From Eledone cirrhosa (lineage: Eukaryota): a DNA stretch of 64,000 nucleotides. The DNA lies in contig OZ024744.1 in the NCBI GenBank assembly GCA_964016885.1, forward strand, positions 124,496,001 through 124,560,000, read 5' to 3'. Position 1 is the stretch's first letter, and each line of letters opens with the position of its first letter. The translations under genes were made by a program, and so were the position numbers. The notes below the pieces were generated by a model that was given only the letters and a program-made list of their open reading frames with translations, ran no database searches and was not told the DNA's origin. Shown in pieces: positions 36,165-48,235 of this stretch.

Positions 36165-36512
36165 TGTTGTGATGTCACTGGTGCTAAGCTGTGTCAGCCA
36201 TTGCCTTTCCCTTGGACAACATATATAGTGTATAATATATACTGTACATAGAGTATATATAATATATATATAGTATATATATATATACTCTACATAGAGT
36301 ATATATAATATATATGTTGTGCTGTCACTGGTACCAAGCTGTATCAGCCATTACCTTTCCCTTGGACAACATCGGTGGCGTGGAGAGGGTAGGCTGATAT
36401 ACATGGGTGACTGCTGGTCTTCCTCAAACAACCGGACTCAACAATCGGAGGGGAACTTTCTAGTTGCAAATCACATGGTCATTCATGACCGACGGGGGTC
36501 TCTGATATGTTA
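36165..36512 (+). mobile_element. SINE body with an internal duplication separated by (TA)n
   Basis: gtcactggtRcYaagctgtRtcagccattRccttTcccttggacaac occurs twice, followed by the 3' body. Confidence 0.55.
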
Positions 36513-36629
36513 GGTGTGTATATAGTAATGTGTGTATATATAGATGTGTATTGATGTCCATGTGTGAGTCATTGATACCAATGCTAGCGAAGGCTGGTCT
36601 TCAATATTGCTGCATAATGCCTAAGATAT

Positions 36630-37256
36630 CGATCCTGTGTCATTGTCTTTGAGAAGTGCAATTGTGTGAGGTCAGCTTTTATCACCTCAAACTAGGTCTT
36701 CCTACTCCATAGCTTCCATCAATTGTGTGAGGTCAGCTTTTATCACCTCATCCCAGGTCTTCCTACTCCATAGCTTCCATCAATTGTGTGAGGTCAGCTG
36801 TTATCACTTCGTCCCAGGTCTTCCTACTCCATAGCTTCCATCAATTGTGTGAGGTCAGCTTTTATCACCTCACCCCAGGTCTTCCTACTCCATAGCTTCC
36901 ATCAATTGTGTGAGGTCAGCTGTTATCACCTCATCCCAAGTCTTCCTACTCCATAGCTTCCATCAATTGTGTGAGGTCAGCTTTTATCACCTCAACTCCA
37001 TAGCTTCCATCAATTGTGTGAGGTCAGCTGTTATCACTTCGTCCCAGGTCTTCCTACTCCATAGCTTCCATCAATTGTGTGGGGTCAGCTTTTATCACCT
37101 CATCCCAGGTCTTCCTACTCCATAGCTTCCATATTGTGTGAGGTCAGCTTTTATCACCTCAAACTAGGTCTTCCTACTTCACAGCTTCCATCAATTGTGT
37201 GAAGTCAGCTTTTATCACCTCAAACTAGGTCTTCCTACTTCATAGCTTCCATCAAT
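36630..37256. repeat. 61-bp minisatellite, ~10 copies, derived from RTE coding sequence
   Basis: Unit caattgtgtgaggtcagcttttatcacctcatcccaggtcttcctactccatagcttccat. The minus strand encodes pieces of DGSYGVGR and TWDEVIKADLTQL. Confidence 0.9.
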
Positions 37257-37334
37257 TTTATAAAATGCTTGAAAACAATCAAAATTATTCCTGAAAAGAG
37301 GAAATTGGAACATTATCCACTGAAAGTTACTTAA

Positions 37335-37693
37335 CTCTTTAGCATTTAAACCGGCCAGAATTCTGACCTCTTTTTCTGTTCAAACCAGCCGTAACTGACC
37401 ACTCTTACTGATATTAAGGTATTGTTCTCAATATAAATTATATCAAAATCTCATAGTTTTGATATTATGTGACATATGTGAGGTGAAGACTTTACCATGG
37501 AAATATAATAGTATATATAGAGTGATGTAAATGTTATGTGAGATATTAGGTGAGGTAAAGACTTTACTGTGAAAATATAATAGTATATATATAGTAATGT
37601 AAATGTTATGTGAGGTAAAGTCTTTACCATGGAAATATAATAGTATATATGTAGTAATCATGATGATCATCATCTAATGTAAATGCTAAAGGG
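37335..37693. mobile_element. piggyBac-type MITE
   Basis: TTAA|CTCTTTAGCATTTA ... TAAATGCTAAAGGG|TTAA (13/14-bp TIR, TTAA TSD), with three internal ~60-70 bp repeats. Confidence 0.75.
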
Positions 37694-37904
37694 TTAAACC
37701 CTGAAGAAAGGACTTTTAGGTCCCGCAATATTGGACAAATAAAAGAACAACAACAACAAAAAAACAAAACAAAGATTACCAGGTAACTTTTACTTTTCCT
37801 TACCTCATCTTACAGTCCATTTTGCATTGTTTAGCCTTCTATCTCTTTCAACGTTATATATTATATAAAATGCTTCAAGCAAACTACAACATTTTATTAT
37901 ATAT

Positions 37905-38400
37905 CATCATCATCAATTAACGTCCATCTTCCACTCTAGCATGGGTTAGACAGATCCCATTTAGAGGCAATTTGGGTCAGGTGACCATGTCTCACTCATA
38001 TAGGGGTGTTACTGGCTAGCTTTCTACGGCTGGACGCCCTTCCTAACGCCAACCACATTGACAGTGTGGACTGGGTGTATTTCCCAAGACACCTACATAT
38101 GTCCACTTTACAGTATGGGCTGTGTGCTTTTTGCTGTGTCTCTTACATGTCCAGTGTGGGTGGGATATATATATATGTCTGTGTCATCACCATTTAGCGT
38201 CCATTTTTCCATTCTTGCATGGGTTAGGTGGGTCATCCATACCAGGAGGCAAGTCTGGCCAGGGTTGGCCACGTGTCACACCTTGCTCAGGTGAGGTCTG
38301 TGAATTTGGTCGGGTATTTTACAGCTGGATTCTCTTCCTAACACGAACCATGATTACAGTGTGGAACTGGATGGCTCTGTTATGAGGCGGGACAAGCCAG
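37905..38400 (-). mobile_element. Two RTE-tailed SINE/3'UTR fragments
   Basis: (CAT)n-aacgtccatcttcc...gcatgggttag and ttctacggctggacgcccttcctaacgccaacc, with a second diverged copy from ~38180. Confidence 0.6.
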
Positions 38401-38721
38401 TTGGCTGTGCCGAACACCCATCTCACAGTGGAACTATAATTTTGGGGCCTGGTATTGGGTGACACCATCATGAGGGGGGGGGGGGGCAGCCAGCTGCGCC
38501 AAACCCTTTTCATGAGGTTACCATAGTTATGTGGACTGGTATTGGATGGGGAGAGAGCCAGTCGACCGAGCCAAACCCATCTCACAAGGTTACCACAGTT
38601 TTGGGGCCCTGTACTAGATGACACCGCTATTGTAATGGTGCAGCTGTAGTTTGACATATATATAGCCTTGGTTTATATAAATAAACATCACACAGGTATA
38701 TTTCTACAGTTTACCAATGTA

Positions 38722-38855
38722 CCGTATTTACCGGCGTCGAAGACGACCAAATTTTTGAAAAAAACAATAAACAACCCTCGGCCTCCAGGACGTATGGTAG
38801 ATTTTTGAGACTTATTTTAGGGAAAAAGTAACGTCTTCAACGCTGGGAAATATGG
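38722..38855. mobile_element. Tc1/mariner-type MITE
   Basis: TA|CCGTATTTACCGGCGTCGAAGACG ... CGTCTTCAACGCTGGGAAATATGG imperfect TIRs. The paralogous segment at 39070-39175 lacks the insert. Confidence 0.65.
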
Positions 38856-39567
38856 GAAGATTGTAAAATTTCCACTGTTAAATCTATCTCTGTATTTTAA
38901 GTATTCTCTATTATCTCATACTGTTTCTTTCTTATAAGTCCTATAAGAATGAATTTTTTTGCTAAACTGCCATAGAGCAGACCTCTGAAGGGATAGAGGG
39001 ATATAATTTATAGAGCATGCTGGAATACCACTGCTTACATTGGAGAGAATTACTCTGGACAAGAAAGTTGATATCTACAGTTTACCAATATAGAAATATA
39101 AAATTTCCACTGTTAAATCTATCTCTGCTTCTAAAGTATTATGTATTATTTCAAACTGCTTCTTTCTTATTTCAGAATATCAGATGACATTTGGATAAAT
39201 TATTATTTTCAATCTTGAATACATCACCTCTATTTGTCATCATTTTAAGACTAAAACTTTCGAAACAACTCATATAACACTGTTTATATAAATCTGTCGC
39301 CGAATTACTGTGAAATATTTCCTCAAAACTGAGTTTATATTCTTCACTATGAGATGATTTTGTATTTTAACTAAACTTGGATGAAACATAAGTTTATATT
39401 ATCTTCAGATATTAACAGAAATTACAGTTGAGGGAAATATAGAGGATATATTTTTTAGGAATATAATATAAAAAATATTACAAGTAAAACATTTGTATTT
39501 TCTGTTCAAGAAGAAATCACTATGGAAAATAAATTGACAAAGAAGATTAAATGCGAAACAGTCGAAA

Positions 39568-40050
39568 ATGTTTAGTATTCCTGGTGAGATGACGAAGGTT
39601 AGAGAACAGAAGCCATATCACTGTGATATCTGTGGTAAATCATTCTCTGAAAGTAGTTCTAAGGAACTACTTTCAGAGAATGATAAACATATACATTCAG
39701 GAGACAAGCCATATCACTGTGATATCTGTGGCAAATCATTCTCTTTAAGTAGTACCTTAATTAAGCACATACGTACCCATACAGGAGACAAGCCATACCA
39801 CTGTGATATCTGTTGTATATCATTCTCTCAAATTAGTCACTTAACTAACCACAAACGTACCCATACAGGAGACAAGCCATATCACTGTGATATCTGTGGT
39901 AAATCATTCTCTGTAAGTGGTCACTTAACTACACACAAACGTATACATACAGGAGACAAGCCATATCACTGTGATATCTGTGGTATATCATTCTCTGGGA
40001 AAAGTAGCCTAACTACTCACAAACTTATACATGCAGAAGAGAAATCATAA
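39568..40050 (+). CDS. C2H2 zinc-finger protein (4 intact fingers plus 1 degenerate), possibly a pseudogene
   Basis: Repeated YHCDICGKSFS...H...H with TGDKP linkers. An upstream ATG at 39522 (MENKLTKKIKCETV) is out of frame, decayed fingers continue to ~40390, and a likely acceptor tttcttatttcag lies at ~39175. Confidence 0.8.
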   Translation: MFSIPGEMTKVREQKPYHCDICGKSFSESSSKELLSENDKHIHSGDKPYHCDICGKSFSLSSTLIKHIRTHTGDKPYHCDICCISFSQISHLTNHKRTHTGDKPYHCDICGKSFSVSGHLTTHKRIHTGDKPYHCDICGISFSGKSSLTTHKLIHAEEKS

Positions 40051-40788
40051 CACATTGACATCAGTGATAAATCATTCCCTCAAATTTATGAATTAATGAG
40101 AATACAAATACATATCATTTTGACATCTGAGGGAAATCATTCTCTTTGAATCTTACATTAACTACACACAAACATATATATACAGCTGGGAAGCCATATC
40201 ACTTTGATATATTTGGTAAATCATTCTCTAAATGTTGTAGCTTCACTACACACTAACACATATAGGAGAGGAATCATATCACTGTGATGTCTGTGGTAAC
40301 TGCTTCTCTAAATGTTGTGGCTTCACTAGACACTAATATATACAGGAGAGGAACCATATCACTGTGATGTCTGTTATAAATCGTTCTCTTGTAAAGATTA
40401 CTTATATATAGTGTGTGTGTGTATGTGTATGAAGGTGTATGACCCCTAGCAAGCCAAACTACACTTAGAACCCAACATAGACGGCAAAAAGAAACATTAC
40501 CTGTTAGAGCCACATGTCTAATAATCTGTTAGTGAAATACCGGTGTAACATTAATTATGTTACCGGTGTAATTATTTCAGTTTACCTTAGTTTTAAATCA
40601 CACCCATTTATTAATTTAGCGACATTTCAATTAAAATTCATATATATTCCCAATTGCTCGGGGAGGGGTATAAAAGTCATATTTTCAACTCAAACTTTGC
40701 TACCAAAGCCAGGTTGTGTTTTATACATTCGATGTAGGAATATGCATGGTAGAAATAGCAGCCAAAGACCAGAAAAGTACAGAACGTA

Positions 40789-40867
<79 letters not shown>

Positions 40868-41042
40868 TTGTAAGAGACTATTTTGAGTTCCTAAATCAAT
40901 ATATACCTCAGAACGTATGTATATATGGAATTACGTAATAAAATGAAGATGTACGAATAAAACCAGTCTCTCTTATTTATTATACTAACTCTCTCTCTCT
41001 CACTCTCTCTCTCCCTCTCCCTCTTTCTCTGTCTGTGTGTGT

Positions 41043-41147
<105 letters not shown>

Positions 41148-41285
41148 CGCATACATACACACCCACACACACATATATATATATATACTCTTTTACCTGT
41201 TCCAGCCATCCGGCTGAGGCAATGCTGGGGCACCGCCCTTGTTGCTACACTTCATTAAAATTTTAGTCTTCACATTTATTATTAT

Positions 41286-41357
<72 letters not shown>

Positions 41358-41417
41358 GACGTAAAATAAGAAAATTTAAAAAAAAATTAAAAATTAACTT
41401 ACTTACTAAAATTTTCA

Positions 41418-41497
41418 CTCCAACTAATTAGTTTCTGTAATGGGATAAAGATAGTTACGTAATGTAACCATCGAGAATTCATTACGTCATCAGGGAG
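41418..41497 (-). ncRNA. Type-I hammerhead ribozyme motif with an extended stem II
   Basis: CTCC-CTGATGA-CGTAATG...CATTACA-GAAA-CTA at TAG-TT-GGAG. Confidence 0.7.
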
Positions 41498-41956
41498 TCT
41501 ATTCTCAGCTAAGTCTCCAGGCAATGCGCGGACACTAGGGACTCATATAAAAATAATAATAATTCGGTGGATGGAACAGCTAGCGGGGACTGAATTCCAT
41601 GCACTGAAAAAGTTCGCTGTCTCTGGTCAAATGGCAGATTCTAAATAATCAATCACGTGACACTGAGGCTAGTCGGAAGGAGTGGGTTGGTAAGATGACA
41701 AAAGCCTACTACCACACCAATGAATTAGTAGTGGATTTGGCAGGTTTGCTCAACAAATAAATAATTTGGAGATAAATATAGAGAATTAGTATATCTACCA
41801 ACATATGCGTACAGATGTACACTAATGCTAGCAAATACATAAGTTATGTCATAGTACCTAGGTGGTTCGATGCAGGAGGATGCAGAACAATTATATGAAA
41901 GACATAAAATAAGAAAATTTAAAAAAAAATTAAAAATTAACTTACTAAAATTTTCA

Positions 41957-42036
41957 CTCCAACTAATTATTTTCTGTAATGGGATAAAGATAGTTACGTA
42001 ATGTAACCATCGAGAATTCATTACGTCATCAGGGAG
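41957..42036 (-). ncRNA. Type-I hammerhead ribozyme motif, second copy (one stem III mismatch)
   Basis: Same as 41418-41497 except stem III reads ATAATTAG. Confidence 0.65.
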
Positions 42037-42417
42037 TCTATTCTCACCTAAGTCTCCAGGCAAAGCGTGGACACTAGGGACTCATATAAAAATAATAATA
42101 ATAAGTATTAGTGTACATCTGTACGCATATGTTGGTAGATATACTAATTCTCTCTCTCTCTATATATATATTTATTAAAACAGATTATATATATATATAG
42201 GAAAAAGTATTTCCCACTCTACTACCCTAAGTATTGAGTACTCTGGTGCGTTATGGTTCATCTGGTTCCTTACCACAATTCCTTTGTTATATATATATAT
42301 ATCTAAAAGCTTTCTCTGTTAATGTATATATATGTCCCTCTTCCTCTTATCTCGTCTATGACTGCTATCTCTAGCATGTTTATATATATATATATATAAA
42401 CATGCTAGCGATAGCAG

Positions 42418-42468
<51 letters not shown>

Positions 42469-42496
42469 AACAAAAGATGGTTAAAAGAGTTCCATG

Positions 42497-42565
42497 TATT
42501 TTATTATGCGCATTTCAAAAACAAATATCATCATGCAATAATATTTGTGTTTTCATCAGATAAAA
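42497..42565 (-). ncRNA. Type-I hammerhead ribozyme motif
   Basis: Same family as 31271-31341, core CTGATGA. Confidence 0.7.
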
Positions 42566-43162
42566 CAGGAAGACATTATATGAAGGTTAAAAAACACTTG
42601 TGGATAGTGCAGTTTTAAATCAACATATGAAAAGTAGTTTTAGATTGATGTGTGATGTTAGGAAAAATATTTTATTTTGAGGGGGGGGATGAAAAAGAGG
42701 AGGAGATGAGAGTAAAAAGTGGAGAGGGAGGAGTATAATGAGGAAGGATGAGATAGGAGGAGAGATGGGTGATAGAGAGAGAGAGATAGCTTTTATAACT
42801 GAGAAAAATATTGTTTTACATAGAGAGGTTGAAAAACCGTTGGAAGATAATATATAAATTAAAAGAATTTGAAAATTAACGAAGAGAAAAATTTTAGAAT
42901 AATGTTAAATTAAGGTTTGTATATTTAAGGGTTTAATAATATGTGCGATGGAAAGAAATTGTTGATATGTATTATTAAAAAATATAAAAATATAGCAATA
43001 GTAATGTAATTAAGGATATATTGTGAAAGAAGTAGAAGAGTGGATGAATAAGTGTAATATGTATAAGTTAGATGAGCATGAAAGGGAGAAAAAATAATGA
43101 ATTGAGAATGAATAATCTAACGTCAAAAAAATGTTTATGTTTACGAAGGATTTTTTCAAGGT

Positions 43163-46140
43163 GATGCTGGAGAGAAGGCAGGTGGATGTGTGCTGCGTGC
43201 AAGAGGTGAGATGGAGAGGTGCCTCTGCGAGACTAGTCGTAGGCAAACGTCTTAGCTATAAGCTATTCTGGGTATGTAAGGATGATGGGAGTAGGCAATT
43301 TCCTGGCTGAGAAATGGATCAATAAGACAATAGAGGTAGTTCGAGTTAGTAATCGAATAATTAAGCTTAGATTAGTTGTAGGTAGGAGACTACTGACAAT
43401 CATCTCGGCCTATGCTCCCCAAGCAGGCCTAGGCAAAGATGAGAAAGACTGCTTTTATGAGCAACTTTTGCAAACAACCGCAATGACAGAGGACGGAGAC
43501 ATCGTTATGCTAGCAGGAGACTTCAATGGTCATGTTGGACAGCTCCAGGATGGTTACACTGGAGTACATGGTGGGCACGGTTACGGTTCAAGAAATGAAG
43601 AAGGAATGAGACTTCTTGAATTTTGTGATGCAGGTACATTGACTATTTGCAACACAAACTTCCAGAAACCTGCCAATCACCTAATAACCTACAAATCTGG
43701 TGAGCACATAAGCCAGATTGACTTTTTACTAGTTAGGCAGCGGGACAGGCAGATAGTGTCTAATACCAAGGCATACCCTGGGGAAGAATGTACTTCACAG
43801 CATAGGTTAGTTGTTAGTGATATCTCAGTAAGCAAGAGATGGAATGAGACATATAGGAAGGTGTGGAGAAGAAAGGTCTGGAAGCTAAAAGACCTTTCAC
43901 TAAAACTCAAATTTAGGAAAGCCCCTCAAGATGTGTATGACGAAAAAGAAGACGATTTAGAGACGTATGACATAGATAATAACTGGAATTTCCTACGTGA
44001 CAACTTGCTGCAGGCTACTGATGAAACTTGTGGCTGGAGCAGAGCTCCAACCAGACAGAGAGTGACCTGGTGGTGGAACAGCACAGTAGATAAGGCTATT
44101 AGAGACAAAAGACTAGCATGGAAGGCTTGGAAAAAGGATGGGAGTAGGGAAGAATATACAGCCACTAAGAGAGAAGCTAGACGTCAGGTGTACTTAGCAC
44201 GCAGGGAGGCAGAGAGTAAGAGGTTTGCCAATGTTCTGCGACGGGAAGATCAGAGGCGTGCCTTGTTCCACATTGCAAGGCAGTGTGTCAATGCAAATCA
44301 GGATGTTGTTGGAGATAAATGTGTCCGGAATGATGCCGGTGTACTTAGTGTCACGAATGATCAGAAAAAGGAGGCCTGGAAATGTCATTATGAGAGACTG
44401 ATGAATGTGGAGAACAAATGGGAGAGAGAAATTACTCTTGGTAGATCCGACAGAGGCACGAGCTATTGAGATTGACGAATATAGGGTCCAAGAGGCGATT
44501 AGGGAAATGAAAAATGGTAAGGCTGCCGGACCATCGGGAATAGTTGCTGAGATGCTGAAGGCATCAGGGGACGTAGGCACTAAACTGGTTGCACGCATCA
44601 TCAATCAGGCTATATATGGTGATGTCATACCCAAAGACTGGTGCAGCAGTATTCTCATAAATTGCTACAAAGGTAAAGGGGATGCTTTGGAGAGGAGCAA
44701 TTATAGGGGGATAAAACTGATAGATCAGGTTATGAAAGTGGCAGAAAGGATTTTAGCACAACTAATTAGAGAAAGGGTCAAACTAGATGAGATGCAGTTT
44801 GGTTTTGTGCCCGGGAAGAGTACAACAGATGCCCTCTTCTTGGTGAGACAATTGCAAGAGAGGTTCTTAGAGAAGAATAAGCCACTATACTTAGCCTTTG
44901 TTGACCTAGAGAAGGTCTTTGATAGGGTACCCCGATCTGTCGTCTGGTGGTCCCTAAGGAAGCTAGGTGTTGAGGAATGGCTTGTGAGGACAGTGCAAAC
45001 TTTGTACAGAGGTACTCTCAGTAAAGTCAGGGTAGGAATGGAGTTTAGTGAGGAATTCCAGATACAAGTAGGAGTACATCAGGGTTCGGTTCTCAGCCCG
45101 CTCTTGTTCATTATAGTCCTCCAAGCCATAACAGAGGAGTTTAAGACTGGCTGTCCATGGGAACGTCTCTATGCTGACAATCTGGTTCTTATAGCAGAAT
45201 CAGTAGAGGAGCTAGAGAATAAATTCTGGCTATGGAAACAGCAGTTGGAAGCAAGAGGACTGAGAGTGAATCTAGCTAAGACAAAAGTATTGATGAGTAG
45301 AAAAGAGGACAAAACCCTGATTCCGTCAGGGAAATGGCCATGTTCGATATGCAGAAAAGGAACTGGCATAAATTATATAAAATGCACACAATGCAGATCC
45401 TGGGTACACAAGAGATGTAGCGGGATAGCAGGCAAACTAACAGGTAGGGAGAAATATGTATGCAGTAGATGTACAGGGAAATTAGACAGTAGAAGTCGCA
45501 TTGATTGGCACATTTTTCAAATGCAGGAGGGCGCTATAGAAGTGGTGGATAGCTTCCGGTACCTAGGAGATCAGATTAGCATGGGACGAGGGTGTTCCGA
45601 GGCCATAGTATCTAGAATAAGGACGGGTTGGAAGAAGTTTAGGGAGCTGCTTCCTCTGTTGACGAAGAAGGGTTTCTCCCTGCGTACGAAAGGCCGGTTG
45701 TATGATGCCTATGTGAGGAGCGTGATGCTGCATGGTAGTGAGACATGGGCAGTAACTGCAAGCATGCTCCGTTGGATGTGCAGTGTAAATGTGCGTGAAC
45801 GACCCAGCTTAAATGTGTTGAGAGAGAAACTGTGTCTGAGAGGGATAGAATGCAGTGTACGGGAGAGGAGGCTGAGGTGGTATGGACATGTGATGCGCAT
45901 GGAGGATGACCGATGGGTGAAGAAGTGCCAGGAATTGCCAGTTGAAGGAAGACGTGGTAGAGGTAGACCACGAAAAACATGGGCGGAGGTGGTGAGAACA
46001 GACCTCAGATCATTGAAGCTCACGGTGGAGATGACGAGGGACCGTGACGAGTGGAGAGATGCTGTGCTGAATAAGACCCGTCCCACCCTTGCAAGCAGGG
46101 AAAAGCGGACGTAAAATGATGATGATGATGATGATGATGA
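43163..46140 (+). mobile_element. RTE-clade LINE (distinct family), slightly 5'-truncated, frameshifted
   Basis: ORFs 43282-44469 (APE) and 44405-46114 (RT; catalytic motif reads YADN). The ORF runs straight into the (GAT)n tail. Confidence 0.95.
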
Positions 46141-47848
46141 AGTAAGAATATATTGTGCTGAGTAATAATGATAATTGAGAAGTATCTAGGAAGAAAAGGT
46201 ACAGATTAGAGGTTAGAAATTAAAAGAAAAAGAAAAAAGGAAAAAAAGAAAGAAAGGGAAGTGATAAATAGGAGTGATATAGAATGAGTAACTAGTATTA
46301 TATAATGAATAATAAATAACATTGAAATAAGGTAGAAAGATGGATATATTTTTAAAGAAATATATATGTGCCTTTGAGAAAAGGATTTTAAATTGATTAG
46401 CTGTATACTATAATGTTCTGTGGAATTTATACAAGCAGAGAGAAAACAAGTCAGTGCGTCTATTTATTATAGAATCTAAATTAGAGATAATGGTAAATTT
46501 TTCACATAAACAGAGATTGCATGTCTTGGATAGAGAACTATTCAAGTATGGAGAAGCAGAACAAATCTTCTTCCAAGAGATGTTATAGTTAATATTTTTG
46601 TCTTTCAAGGACTATATGAGTTCTGAGAGTGCCGTGTTGGTTCTTTTAAGTTGGTATTTAAAAGACGAATGATGATTATAAAGACGAGCTTTAAAGGAGG
46701 TGGAAGTGGAGCCAAAATAGGTAAAGGAATTGGTGTCAGTTATAACTTTACATTCGTAGATTAAGTTTTTTTCAAGACAATGGTTGTTGAGAGGACATTT
46801 ATTTTTAGCAGGGCAATTGCAATTGCGATTAGAGAAATTAACAGAGTTATTAACAAGTGACCTAGTGTTATTTATAGAAGGAATTGGATTAGAGAAGTTA
46901 TTTACGATAGGAATAATAGTTTCTTGATTTAGAATGGGATTAAGAACATTTAACGAATTTGGGTTTGCAGAAATTAGCCTAGAGTTAACAATGACGTCGG
47001 GAGTACTATTACTATTATTATGATATTCAGTGTTGGAAGGAAGAGATTTAGTATTTAGTATTTTATTGTTGTGTTTAGAGATAATGTTGGAGATGTTGGA
47101 GGAGGTCGAATAGGAAAATTTTATAGTGTGTTTGTTAAATATTTTACTATAGATATGTGAGGGAGGGAAGCATTTATTTAAGGCACTAATTTAATTTCTA
47201 ATTTTAATTTCTAACCTCTAATCTGTACATTTTCTTCCTAGATACTTCTCAATTATCATTATTACTCAGCACAATATATTCTTACTTCATATCACCTTGA
47301 AAAAATCCTTCGTAAACATAAACATTTTTTTGACGTTAGATTATTGATCCTCAATTCATTATTTTTTTCTCCCTTTCATGCTCATCTAACTTATACATAT
47401 TACACTTATTCATCCACTCTTCTACTTCTTTCACAATATATCCTTAATTACATTACTATTGCTATATTTTTATATTTTTTAATAATACATATCAACAATT
47501 TCTTTCCATCGCACATATTATTAAACCCTTAAATATACAAACCTTAATTTAACATTATTCTAAAATTTTTCTCTTCGTTAATTTTCAAATTCTTTTAATT
47601 TATATATTATCTTCCAACGGTTTTTCAACCTCTCTATGTAAAACAATATTTTTCTCAGTTATAAAAGCTATCTCTCTCTCTCTATCACCCATCTCTCCTC
47701 CTATCTCCTCTTCTTTTTCATCCTTTCCACCCCCACCCCCTCAATTTTTTCACCCAAATATCACACATCAATCTAAAACTACTTTTCATATGTTGATTTA
47801 AAACTGCACTATTCACAAGTGTGTTTTAACCTTCATATCATGTCTCCC

Positions 47849-47919
47849 TATTTTATCTGACGAAAACGCAAATGTTATTGCATGATGATATTTGTTTTTG
47901 AAATGCGCATAATAAAATA
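47849..47919 (+). ncRNA. Type-I hammerhead ribozyme motif
   Basis: TATTTTAT-CTGACGA-stem II-GAAA-TGCGCA-TA-ATAAAATA. Confidence 0.75.
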
Positions 47920-48042
47920 CATGGAACTCTTTTAACCATCTTTTGATCTTATATATTATTTATACTCCAGTCCTACAAACTGTAGAGTGCTACTTATCCG
48001 ATATCTGCATTGCTCTATTGTACTACAATAAAACTCAGCTCC

Positions 48043-48088
<46 letters not shown>

Positions 48089-48091
<3 letters not shown>

Positions 48092-48222
48092 CTGGTACTT
48101 TATTTTATCGACCCCACAAGGATGAAAGGCAAAGTTAACCTCGGCGGGATTTGAACTCAGACTGTAAAGGGACGTAACTATGCTAGAAAGCATGGCGTCC
48201 AACCCTCTACCGATACTGCCAA
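48089..48222 (-). mobile_element. SINE (Meta-domain-like family)
   Basis: Reverse complement of 2090-2220. Confidence 0.75.
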
Positions 48223-48235
48223 ATATATATATATA

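Larger units (their letters stand above)
41353..42152 (-). mobile_element. Non-coding element with two direct repeats, each containing a hammerhead (retrozyme or non-autonomous PLE candidate)
   Basis: 41353-41562 is nearly identical to 41895-42101, and 42108-42152 is an inverted copy of 41780-41825. It has no credible ORF and is flanked by (TA)n. Confidence 0.75.
42466..48045. mobile_element. Fold-back Penelope-like element (GIY-YIG end plus 3'UTR on minus, inverted 3'UTR on plus), interrupted by an RTE LINE
   Basis: 46140-47188 on minus encodes the linker (CNCP...CPL) and GIY-YIG (YFGST..FKARLYNH, CNLCLCEK). 42466-43165 plus 46140-46222 are the reverse complement of ~47204-47950. Related to 26672-31373. 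Confidence 0.9.

Noticed and set aside
35010-37256. Regular repeats that could be mistaken for CRISPR arrays
   Set aside because: The units are contiguous with no unique spacers, there are no cas genes, the context is eukaryotic, and both arrays derive from RTE sequence.
37698-37735. CTGAAGA followed by a GGAC/GTCC hairpin, hammerhead-like
   Set aside because: GAAA is replaced by GCAA and there is no convincing stem I, so it was not counted.
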